DNA of 64,000 nt, taken from contig NC_090404.1 of NCBI RefSeq assembly GCF_036365525.1, positions 43,533,544-43,597,543 of the forward strand, read 5' to 3'. The translations under genes were made by a program, and so were the position numbers. Below the pieces are notes generated by a model, which did not search any database, was not told where the DNA came from, and saw only the letters and a list, made by a program, of their open reading frames with translations. This document shows, one piece after another, positions 22,185 to 34,234 of the stretch (position 1 is its first letter; every line of letters starts with the position of its first letter). This DNA is from Heterodontus francisci. Lineage: Eukaryota.

Positions 22185-23410
22185 TGTATGAGTGGCGGAA
22201 CCACTGTTCAGATGTGTAGTATCGGTCTAAGAAGGAGGCTGTCTCGCTGATTTGGGAACCGCTGTTCTATGGGTTGTGGTTAAGTCGCCATGTTGGAGGC
22301 TGCCTGATTGAGTGGAAGAACCGCTGTTCTTTGAGGTCCAGCGTCTCTCCACTCTGGAGAATGTCTCGGTGAAGGGGGGGCCGGCGGTAGGGTGGGGGGA
22401 GCGCTGTTCTATGAGATGTGGTAACTATCCATGCAGGCGTGTGCCTCAGTGAGTGAGGCAACCGTTGTTCGATGAGATGTGGTATCTCTCCTTCCTGGAG
22501 TGTGTCTTAGTGAGTGGGGGAACGTCTGTTCAATGGAATGTGGTAACTATCCATGCTGGAGGGTGTCACGGTGAGTGAGGGATCACTTGTTCCTTGGCGT
22601 GTGGTATTTCTCCCTGCTGTAGGATATTTTGACGACTGGGGGAACTACTGTTCTATGAGGTTTGTTATGTATCCATGCTGGAGTATGTCTCAGTGAGTGA
22701 AGCAACTGATGTTTGATGGGGGATGGTATCCATCTATGCTAAAGAATGATTCAGTGAGTGGGGAAACCACTGTCCTATAGGGTGCGGTGTCTCTCTCTCT
22801 CTCTCTGTTGAAGGGTGTCTCAGTGAGTGGGATAATCCATGTTCTATACCTATTCATGCTGGAGGGTGTGGTGGTGAGTGGGATAATCCATGCTATATGG
22901 GATGCGATATCTATCCATGTTGGAGGATGGCCCTTTGAGTGGGGGAGTCTCTGTACAGTGGGGGGCGATATCTATCTGTGCAGGAAGACGTCTCGATGAG
23001 TAGGGGAGCCGATATTCTATGGGCTGAATTTCTGTCCATGTTAGAGTGTGTCTTAGTGAGTGGGAGACCTCTGGTCTCTGGGATGCGGTATCTATCCGTG
23101 CTGAAGATGTCTTGGTGAATAGGGAAACATCTGGAATGTGTCTCAGTGCGTGGATTCGCCGCTTTTCTACGGGGTCTGGTATCTATCCAACTGGAGGATG
23201 CTTCTGTGAGTAGAGGAATCTATGTGCTATGGGTTGTGGTATCTATCCTTGAAGGAAAATGTCTCGTTGAGTGGAGGAACAGCTGTTCAATGGGGAGTTA
23301 TGTCTCGCCACGCTGGAGGGTGTCTCAGTGAGTGGAGGATGCGCTGTTCTATGGGGTGAAGTATCTACCACGCTGGAGGTTGCCTCGGTGAGGTGGTGAG
23401 CAGTGTATCT
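22185..23410 (+). repeat. Degenerate 61-bp G/T-rich tandem repeat (~20 copies)
   Basis: Unit approx. AGTGAGTGGGGGAACCGCTGTTCTATGGGGTGTGGTATCTATCCATGCTGGAGGGTGTCTC; unit starts at 22509, 22570, 22692, 22753. Confidence 0.85.
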
Positions 23411-24099
23411 TACTCTGCCATCGATGCATGATGGATGCTGTTCATTCAGCTTGTGGTCAGATGCACTAATTTAGTCAGCAAATTGGTATCTGTGTTTCTC
23501 ATGATGCCAATTTGTGAGTGGACCCCGCTTCATTCATCAGAGTTGGTTCACGTCCGGTTGTACAGTGTTAACAGGCTGTGTTTCACTTTGTTATCAAGCT
23601 ATCTCTGGGTCACCTAATCCCACAATATCTCATCAGCTAAGGAAGTGCATATGGACACGTATAACCAACCCATGTTCAGCTCTCGCTTTCACATTGTAAA
23701 ATTAGGAGGAATTTGCTTAGGGTGTTGAATTTATCCCCTAGTCAGCTGTTGTTAAGAAGATATGACCTGTCTGTTCAATCTAGAATAAAACTTCAGACTG
23801 TAACCCAGGATTTGAGATCTTTGAATTTATAAAATGACAACATTTACTCTATGTCAGGTCAGTGATTCCTGTGGTTATGATAATTTTGGACTCAGGCTCC
23901 AACTGTCTGAACGTAATGCAAATATAAAGGTCCCCCTCTAATCACTACAAATATCCCCCCCTCCCCACTAACTCCCCCCACAGCCACACACCCCTCACCC
24001 CCCACCCACCACACACACAAAGAAGCCTCGGCTAGGATTACCATAACCTCTTACTACATAAGCCAAGACTTGACTTGAAATACACTGCTGTTCAATAAA

Positions 24100-25330
24100 T
24101 GATATTAGATAAGTCCAGCAACAACAGGCTAGTCATTTTAACTGTAATGGTGGGAATGCTTTTTAGAAACGCTGATCCAGGACAGAATTAACAGTCACTT
24201 GGACAAATGTGGAATATTTAAGGAAAGACAGCAAGGATTTGTTAAGGGGAAATCGTGTTTGACTAACTTGATTGAGTTTTTGATGAGGTAGCAGAGAGGG
24301 TTGATGAAGGTAATGCATCTGATGTGATGTATATAGAATTCCAAAAGGCGTTTCTTAAAATGCTACATTAGATGCTTTTCCACAAAGTTGAAACCCATGG
24401 AATAATAGGGATAGTGGTAGCATGGATACAAAGTTGGCTGAATTATAGGAATCAGAGAATAGTGGTGAATGGTTCGTTTTCAGATTGTAAGAGCATATAA
24501 AGTGAAGTTCTCCAGGGGGTCAGTACTAGGACCACTGCTTTACTTGATAGATATTAATGACCATGACTATGGTATGCCGGACACAATCTTAAAATTTGCG
24601 AATGAGACAAAACTGGGCAATATTGTGAATTGTAAGAAAGATGGTGATAGACTTCAACAGCGAATAGACAGCCTATTGTAATGGGCGGAGAAGTGGCAGA
24701 TTAAACATAATTCAGAGATGTGAAGTGATAAATTTTGCTTGGAAAAACGAGGAAAGCCAATGGAAACTAAAGGGTAAAATTCTAAAGGGGATGCAGGATG
24801 AGAGAGACCTGGGGGTATACGTGCACAATTCGTTGAAGGTGGCAGAGCAGGTTGAGAAAGTGCATAAAGAAAGGCAGACGGGATCCTCGGCCTTATAAAT
24901 AAAGGCACAGAGTATGAAAGAAAGGAAGTTATGGTGAACCTTTATAAAACACTGTTTCGATCTCAATTGGAGTATTGCGCCAAATTCTGGGCACCACAGT
25001 TTAGGAAGGAAGTGAAGACATTAGAAAAGATGTGGAAAACATTTATGAGAATGGTTCCAGAGAGGCAAAACCTTTTTTATGCAGCGAGTGGTTATGATCT
25101 GGTATGTATTCCCTGAGAGTGTGGTGGAAACACATTCAATCCAAAAGGATTCAAAACTGTCCTCACAATTGGATAAGCACCGGAAGAGAAAAAGGAAATG
25201 CAGTGCTATAGGAACAAGCAGGGGAGTGGGACTAGGTGAGTTGCTCTGGCAGCGATCCAGCATGGATACTGCAGTCTGAATGATCTCCTTCAGTGCTGCA
25301 AGGATTCTATGATTTGATGGTTCTATGATT
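24100..25330 (+). mobile_element. Degenerate CR1 LINE 3' fragment
   Basis: GSVLGPLL, INDHD, KFANETK, LEYCAKFWAP motifs and a TTCTATGA-type tail. Confidence 0.85.
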
Positions 25331-25672
25331 GTCAGTAGTAGGGAATTGTTAACTTCAGTTTTATCGCTGAATCCAAGACAGAAAGCATAAAGTAAGCAGA
25401 CATTTTGTGTTTCTGTTCCAGAATATTGGAGACATCTTATAGGAATATACGATATGATGTGCTATTGATTCCACAATACAATACCAGCCGAGTAAATAGA
25501 TAATTGTAACAGTAATATATCAAATCTTGAGTATGAAACCTAAGAGTATGGCAGCACCAGCCTGGTAAATAACAACTAAATCTATTAACAGTGAGGTGGG
25601 TCTAACCTTATTGTGCAGATGGTAATGTAAAATAATGAATTGAAATCCGAAAACAGAACTTGTCTTTATCTA

Positions 25673-26035
25673 AAATAAAAGCATAATATTGTAGATGCTG
25701 GAAATCTGAAATAAAAACAGAAAGTGCTGGAAATACTCAACAGGTTAGACAGTATCTGTGGAGACAGAAGCAGAGTTAAAGTTTCAGGTCAGTGACCTTT
25801 CATCAAAACTGGCAAAGGTTAGAAAAGAATTATGTTTTAACTGAGTGAAGGAGGGGGTGGGGAGGGTATGGTGGTGGGGTAGTGGGGAAGAGAACAAAAG
25901 GAAAGGTCTGTGAAAGGGCAGAGGGCAGGAGAGGTTAAATAACAAAGCTGTCCTGGGATATAGGCAGAGTGTGTTAATGCTTGTAATTAAAGACGAAGCA
26001 TCAGTGTGGAGAGAGTGTGAACGGCAGAAAAAATG
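25673..26035 (-). mobile_element. Penelope-like fragment with minimal hammerhead remnant (25774-25810)
   Basis: Minus strand AGTT-TTGATGA-AAGGTCACTGACCT-GAAAC-TTT-AACT; same repeat as 9021. Confidence 0.6.
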
Positions 26036-26643
26036 AAGCTTGTCTGTATCTACTTTGCTGCAAAATGTTGATAGATTTCAGCTTTCGAGCATAAACTGCG
26101 CTGATCAGGCAAAGATGCATCTTAAGCCAAAATATCAGCCCGCTTCAGTTTTCCTGCTGATTTTGGAACTGAATTTCGCATGTGAACTGCAAGGGATTTA
26201 ATTCTATAATCAGGACACACTTCTGTTCAAAAGTTGCCGAGTTTATTTCTTTTAAGTAGATTTTCATTAATTATTGTCATTATCAGCTGCCAAAAGACAA
26301 ATTAATTTTAATCACACGCTCTTATCAGTGTCATAAAGCATTTTTTCCCTACTGGAACATGAAAAGCATGGATATATAACGTCTTTAATCAATCCTCTCT
26401 CCTGTATACTCTGCCTGACCTCTACTATCACCACACAATACATGCCTTTCTCCATTGTTCAGAAATTCACTTTAACGGGCATCGGGCTGGTTGACATTTG
26501 AGCTACTTTCTCATATACAGTCATTCAGCTTCTGATGCATTATTTACCTCGTGGTTACCGGTTTTCAGGTTAGTTCAGTTCTTTGTATGTATTCTGTTTT
26601 CACCATGAACACATTTATACCAATATCCATCTATTTATTCTAG

Positions 26644-26801
26644 AAACTCCTCAAATAATGGAAAATCCAGAAGACCTCGAGGTAGAGGAAGAAAGATTAG
26701 AAAATTTCGATGAGGATGCAAACTCTGCTGCAACAGTGATCGCTTTTGTCATCCTGTTTATCCTCAGTGTATTGTACAGCACATTTGCAACCGTCCTTAA
26801 G
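26644..26801 (+). CDS. IgNAR: IgNAR transmembrane exon TM1
   Basis: ctag| acceptor in phase 1; acidic spacer ETPQIMENPEDLEVEEERLENFDEDANS then TM ATVIAFVILFILSVLYSTFATVLK with the conserved YS motif; phase-0 donor AAG|GTAATA. Confidence 0.93.
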
Positions 26802-27714
26802 GTAATAACAAATTTCAATAGCACTGTGACATTGTGCAAATTGACTAGGAAGTTGGGTTTATACCTTGGATGTAGCTAAGGTGAAAATAATGAACTAAAT
26901 ATTCCAAAAGAATAATAATTCCTCCTGTCCCACAGTATAAGATTGGACTTCATCAGTCCTTTCCATGTGATTAACTGGCACATTTACTAAACTTCCTGAA
27001 TAAGATGACTTGGCCGAGGAATACATGCAGACGAGAATTAATATAACATATAGGAAGCAGCAGACATCAATAATGGAAAGAATTACTTTACAAGTAGATT
27101 GTCGGTCATTAGAAGCAAAACAACAGGAAAAATATTTACTAAATGTTTATGAGTAACAAGCCAGAAATAGTTAGCGAACCATCCCGAGAATAATGAACAT
27201 AATAGTTTTGAGACAGAGAGAGAGAAAGGATGACCACAAGCAAAGGTTTGCAAGTAAAGCTGGATCACCATGAAGAGAGGTGGAAAGCATTGATTTCAGA
27301 ATGATGGGATGTTGATAACTGTGAAGTGATGAAGAAAGCATTGACCATGGAAGGCAGGAGAAAATTGCAGTTGTTAAATCGATGAAAAAACGGTGCAATT
27401 TATTCAAGAAGTTGATCAGCGAACACAAAATACTCAATCACAGAAAGAGAAATTCTGAATGGGGGATCACATTACCTTGAAAGACAACAATTCGTGCCAG
27501 TATCAAACCAAAATATGGAAGGTTAAGGCATAAAGATTGTCAGGTTTGACAGCCGGCAGCATTATAAAACCAGCAAAAAAAAGATATAATGAAATTATAA
27601 AATGCAATGTGTGGTAGGAAACAATTGCTGGGGATGTGAAGGATGATATCAAATGTTTTATAGTTACATAAAGAAAAATGAGTAAGTTAAAAGTGCATGT
27701 GAGGTTGTTACACA

Positions 27715-29290
27715 GGAACATGGGAAACATTGGCCATGGAAGGATAGGAGAAAATTGCAGCAGTTAAATCGACGAACCTGCTCCGCAACTGAGTTAGATA
27801 ATGGCTGGTCCGTATCTTAACTAGATACATACAACTTCGTTGCATGTCTTTTAATAATCTTACCTAACATAAAGGTATCAACCTTGGGTTTTGAATTTTT
27901 TTAAATTGGCTCCCAACCTCAACAGCTTTTAGGGAAAATAATTCCAGATTTCCACTACCATTTGTTTGAAGAAATATTTCCTGGCATTATCCCCGAACGG
28001 TCTCACGCTAATTTTAATATTATTCCTGCCTTGTTCTGGACTCCCTCATCAGAGGATAGAATTTCTCTCTATGTAGTATGTAGCCGAATAAATTCTTCAG
28101 TCATACTCAACAGCTCAATGAGATGAAAGCAAAATACTGCAGATGCTGGAAATCTGAAATAAAAACAAGAAATGCTGGTAATACTCCGCAGGTCTGGCAG
28201 CTTCTGTGGAGAGAGCAGCAGAGAGAAGCTTCTCTCTCTACAGATGCTGCCAGACCCGCTGAGTATTTCTAGCATTCCTTGTTCTTAGCTCAAATAGATG
28301 ACCACTTAATCTTTTCTATTTCAGAAAACACAATCCGAATCTATGCAACCTGTCCTCATAATTGCAATGCTTTCAGCCCCAGTACGGACAATCAATGCTG
28401 CACCCTCTTCAAAACCAATATATCTCTCCTGAGGGTCTGTGCCCATAACTGAGTGTAATAATTATAGAGTTATAGAGTCATTTACAGCAGAGAAGGAGAC
28501 CATTCAGCCTATTGAGCCAATGCCGGTTCTCCATGGATCTATGTGTCCCACTTCCCAGCTCAATCCCCATAGCCCTGTAAGACTATTTCTCTCAGGTGGC
28601 CATCTAACTTCTTCTTGAAGTCATGGATCATCTCCCCTTTCACCACCCTCTGAGCAGCAAGTTCTACTTCATTACCACCCGCTGCGTTAAAAATTATATA
28701 TTCCCCTGCATCGTTTGCCAAAAACTGTCTCCCCATCTGTGTCAGAGCTTTATACAAATACAGAAGAACTTCCACCCCTTTGAATTCCAGCCCCCTTGAG
28801 ATAGAAGCCAACACTCTATTACCTTTTTAATCATTGTTCATACCTGTCCGCAAGTATGTCGTGATTTCTACAATTGGATGCCTACATTTCTCTGCTCCTC
28901 CACAATTCCCAGATTCTCATCATGTTTGAAAAATCTGGTCTGTCTTCCTCAACTCCAAACTAAATGCCTCACACTTCCCCACACGGAATTTCATTTACCA
29001 CTGTTTTGGCTAATCATTTAATCCACTGAAGTCCCTTTGCAATGTCCTGTTCCCATCTACACTATTTACCGCTCTACTTAGTGTCGTTAGTAAACTTGGA
29101 TCTCCTGCTCTCTTTTCATCTACATCGTTGATAAATATACTGAAAAACTGATCGACCCGTACAGATCCCCTAGGAACTTCACTTGTCACATTCTTCAAAT
29201 GGAACATATTCCTGTTATCAACTACTCTTTGTCTCTGACATCGTCACCAATTCCCTACCTAAATCAATAGGTTACATTCAATTCTATGCG
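27715..29290 (-). mobile_element. Degenerate CR1 fragments (interrupted by the Penelope-like foldback)
   Basis: Minus-strand CR1 motifs (SEVPRGSV..FINDVDE; RGLEFK..LYKAL; LQGYGD). Confidence 0.65.
28126..28287. mobile_element. Penelope-like repeat in inverted (foldback) configuration
   Basis: Arms aacaagaaatgctgg..ggtctggcagc.tctgtggagagag and ctctctacagatgctgccagacc..agcattccttgtt. Confidence 0.7.
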
Positions 29291-30640
29291 GCCTCAATTG
29301 CATTTAAAATAGAGTGTGGGTCCACATCAGTGGAGGATAAGGACAATGATAAACAACAACAAAAGTAACATTTTGCTACTGCCTTCAAAAACAAATGGAC
29401 CATATGTTATCTAAACTGCTTGGAGCATTATAGTGTAGGATTTATAGCATTCTAGGAGATTGCTTTTCATGGAAAAAGAACATGATCAAAGTCAAACTAT
29501 TAGAATTGGAACCAGTCAGAACCTCCTGATGAAGACAGGATTCATACTAGCTCATTGCCCAATTAATCCTGCCCTCTTAAATTGAGGCTTAACTCGTAGA
29601 TTACATTTGGGTTTAACTCTGTGGAAAGCCATTGCAGTGACACTACTTTTGACAGAGAGTCAGAAAATGCACCTAAAACTAAACAAGCTGCAATTCATCA
29701 AAATGTAAACAATTAAAGTAAAATGTGAATGATAGCGTGTCTTTTCTTTCTTTTTCTGTCTCCCTCTCTCTATACATGCATCTACCTAACTCTATTTCTT
29801 ACATACGCAAACGTATAGAATTCCCATGGCATTACAGAAGGAAAATCGAGAGTAAGTGTTGTCTTCATGGGTAGAGAGTTGGAGATAATTAGACAAGGGT
29901 GCGAGACTGTAATTCAGTTCCTCTTCCAATGTCAGTCATTCTGCCCTTAATTTCCTACTGTCATCATCAATTCTTCATTCCTTATTTCAAATATAGAGTG
30001 TAAATCTGCATTATCACGCTGTCTTTACACATATCAGCCATTAATAATACTACAATGCCTTTGAGCATCTCTCCAGTCCTTTGATCGCACTACAGGGAAC
30101 GTTCTTTACTTCAACCAACTGCACTTTTCTACTCCCGCAATTCCGGCATGTTTTACAATTTAGCTGTCATATCGCTCATTTTAATTCAAAGTATTATCTA
30201 AAACATAGGACATGGTACATAACATTAAGTCGGAAATGCATACACTTACTCACCACGTGAGAACAATACCTCTAAACACTTCACCGGAAGGCTTGGAAAC
30301 TTAGAGACGATACTAGATTCGTTCTGAGTTCCGCAACAATTCACATGAACAGCTGTATTTTACTGGAAGTTGTATCTATGTATGACAGGTAACAAATGAT
30401 TCCCTTGTAATTTAAACACTCACGGAGATACACGACTAGTGAGGTTTTCAGGACTCAGGGCTTGTGGTCAATCATTTTTAGAGGGTAGCTGTGAAAGTTC
30501 AGAAATATCCTCCCATTTCACAACAGTAGCCAATCATTTTGCTTTCGGTTGCATGCTTTTGACTATTCAGTGTAATTACACCTTAGCTGTCTCACTCTGG
30601 TACTCACTGGTTTAACATTCTGTTTTTTTTTTCACTGCAG

Positions 30641-30649
30641 GTGCACTAG
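30641..30649 (+). CDS. IgNAR: IgNAR TM2 exon coding part (V-H-stop; cytoplasmic tail KVH)
   Basis: Strong T-rich acceptor ttttttttttcactgcag|GTG CAC TAG, phase 0, the usual Ig TM2 layout. Confidence 0.8.
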   Translation: MH

Positions 30650-32223
30650 CGGCTGCTTTGCCAGAAGGCACTTCCGGTTTGTATTCAAGGCTTGTGTGGG
30701 AACTTTCATCAGATGCTGAGGACAGACAGGACTGAATTGCTTCACTTTCTCACTGTTATTGTCTGCTCCACTGCACCACTTCATCTTATATTGTCTCAGC
30801 CAAACCATGAAAACTGTTTGCTTCATTTTCTACCAATACCTCATGCCTTAACTCTTGCTTCATTATGCAGTAGTGTTAAATAGAATTCCTCATAACTGCA
30901 ACAAACCAGTGAACTGGGAAAATCCCGCAGATTCAATTAAACTAAACTGAGGAGAAATTATTATTATGTGTTAGCAGCATCTTGAAATAGTGGGAGTGTT
31001 TCCTCTGTCTGTTATTAGCTAAATATGTGATCACGATGTCACTGGGAATAGTAAACAGATAAACGTTCCTACCACGTTTGTGAGCTTGTAGACACACTGC
31101 CATGGGTGCAGATCTTCCCCGTTAATCTTGGATTGCACTGTACAGAGGGTCCAGGGATTCCCTATGGGCAAGAACAAAAAACGCATTGAAATAATCCGAA
31201 AATCACGTGGTTGTACAGATTGCAAACAAAATCTGTAGAAAGAGTAAGAATTGCTCTGGTCGCTGTTTGCATTGATAACCCAGCTGTATTTGTGAAAATT
31301 TCCTCTGCTCAGCATTTCTTGCGGAATCAGGAAGCGATCGTAGCTGAATGTGGTAATGATTTTGTTACTGATCCATAACAGAGGAAATCTCCAAGAGTAT
31401 CTTTACGTTCTCTCTACATATGGCGCACAGAGGAGCACAGTGGTACATCGTCCTTTACCAATGTAAAACAAGGAAGATCTGCATTGATTTCTGACATAGT
31501 CTCAGAGCCTTATATCCATGTAGAACCCCAATGGAAACTAAAGAACACCGTGACTGCCCTTTAACACATGTCAGGAAAAGTGTTGTAAATCTGATGCCTT
31601 TTTTCAACCCATGGTTAAGAATTCCTCAGGAGGTTTGTTCCCGCGAGATCATATCTGCCTGCAAATCAATGTCTCTGAGGCCCTATTTCTGACATTTTAA
31701 GAAATGGTCCATTCACGATCTGCCAAGACATACTAAGCAGGGACAACCAACATCAGAGCCTGTACAACGTCACTACCCAGAGCTAAAAGATGGAGTCTCC
31801 CTTCTATAATAATTCAGATAAAAATCCTGGATTACCTTGATTATCTCCAGAATTGCTACATAAATTGAATGAAAATGCGATTTTAGAATCCATTTTGTTT
31901 TTAATGTAATATAGGGACATAAGGAACAGGAATAGGCCATTCAGTAACTTGCGCCTGCTCAGCCATCCAATTAGATCATGGCTGATCTGTCCCCGAACTC
32001 CATTGCCTTGCCTTGGTTTAAGATCCTTTGGTACCTTTCCTGACAGTATTTGCACCGGTTTGCTGAATTGAATTTTAAGAAATAATGGGGACTTGTGTCT
32101 AATTCCTAATTTTTTGGAAATTGAATGGTCTTATGCTAATTTTATGCTCATATTTGAATGTTACTACTGTGTTATCGTTCATTCATTACTTTTCGACTCT
32201 GTAAATGCAAAGCTTTAGAATAT

Positions 32224-32269
32224 AATAAAATACATTGCTGCATTCTGTTATTCAATTTTTTTAAATAAA
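32224..32269 (+). terminator. Probable membrane-form poly(A) signals
   Basis: AATAAA at 32224 and 32264, about 1.6 kb after the TM2 stop; an ATTAAA at 30935 is an alternative. Confidence 0.5.
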
Positions 32270-34234
32270 TGCCCTCAGTTTAAAACTAGCACTTTTTATA
32301 CCCTTTATTCACCTTTTAGTTTGATGATTAAGTTAGTGAAACTCATCTATAAGTATCATAAACGCTACACCTGAAAATAGAGCCACCTGGGTATTAAAAT
32401 TAATCGAATAGCCAGCTTACCGAATCCCAGTTATTTACTGCTGATATTATGACCAGACAATCCGGAGGATTGAGTGTGTTACTGGAGCGTGAGAAATAAT
32501 CAGGACAATTAACCCAATCTCACTATTAACGGAATAAGAATTAATACAACAAGATCCATGTATCTAAGACATTGAGTATTCAGTCTTAGCATCAGTTTCT
32601 GGTGATTATTATGATGAATTGATTCATTCATTAACAACACAGAAATCTAATTAACAATTCACCGAAATGACTCTTTCAATACAACACAGCTGCTGAACTA
32701 ACAACTGGAAATTGCTGCTTGTGATGTTCCCCTACACGGATTAGTGCCTCTCTGTGGCTCTCCCTTATTACATTATTTGAAATTTGAAGCCATTTAATGA
32801 AAAACTGTCGTGTCTCCATTGATACAATATTCAAAGGCTATTGCACCAAGGTATTGCTGCACTAATATCACAATCAGCAACTTCCAGTGGCACAGCATTA
32901 AAATGATCAGAAAGATTAAGCACGTAAACTTTTCTTGGTATTATTTCATTGTTTCATACCTTCTCATGGTGCCCCATTATCCCTGTTTTATGGCAAGAGT
33001 TGACATGTTTATTTGAAATGTTTTCCCTAATTTACAACAGCACCTTTCATTTATATAGCCCTGCTACGTTGTAAAATGTCCCAAGTCGCTTCATAGGAGC
33101 GTGATGAAACAGATATTGACACCAAGCCACATAAGGGGATTTTAAGGTATAAAATAAAGTAAATACTCGCTAATAGTTCATTAAACAGCTGATCAAAGTT
33201 GCACCCTGCTTGGACCTTCTACAACTTTGCAGGGGAATCTTTGATGGAACCTCCAAAGTTATGGCGACGGAGCCAGGCGATCCTGTAATGAAATTCCCTG
33301 CAGACAGAGTCTTCACCATTTTGCAGGAATTTTATTTGAGTGTTACACGGGCGGAAGCACAGTCCTGCTGAAAATAAATAGGTTCACATGCGTTCTAAAA
33401 CTGGAATTTTCCACACGCTGAGAAATCACCGGGAAGTTACTATCCCTCAGTGCATCAAAAAGCAGAGGAAAGCAAGCAAAAGCGTGACATTAAGTCCGAT
33501 AGCCTGAAGGCATGTAAGTGAAGTCTAGGAGCAGGGGGATGGGATCCAATAAAAATTGTTGCCAATTGCTGTTATTGTCAGAACACATTAACCTGCAGCA
33601 GGCTTCACCAACCTGCTTCTTCCCATTCATATAATCTGAAACAACGCCAGCGAATTCACCCTGAGTAATATCTGCGCTAGTTTGGGCAGGTGTCAAGTAT
33701 CTGTTTCAAATGGAAGGGTTAACAGAACAACAACATACTACTGAAAAGGAACTCATGAGAACTTCCTGAACAATTCCGTAACACAATTTTAACCCTTGAC
33801 CTTTAAAAAAACCAGAAACTAAAGCCAATTTACCAGCTGACAGAATGATTTGTCACAATGTCACCAGAGCTCAGTTTGTGATCTCCCTTAATGGTGTATT
33901 TGTGCCAAGAACCTTCATTTTCTCTGACTGTATAAAGCTCCATCTAGTGACCAATTGCTGCTATTGGAGTAAGATCAGAGCAGAGGAACATCCAGGTCCA
34001 ATGCAGGCAGTTCCTCCATTCAATTAGATCATGACTAATCTCTGTCCCGCCTGCATTTATCCACCTTAGATCTATATCTCTTGATACCCTCACCTGCCAA
34101 ATACCTATCGAACTCAGTCTTGAAAATTTTAATTTTCAGGATCCATTAACTTTTGATGGTGGGCTCCAGATTTCCAGGACCTTATGCAGAAGAAACCACT
34201 TCCTAATTTCACTCCTGAATGATCTACTCTCGAC

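Noticed and set aside
22185-23410. CRISPR-like periodicity
   Set aside because: Vertebrate context; degenerate units without unique spacers; no cas genes.
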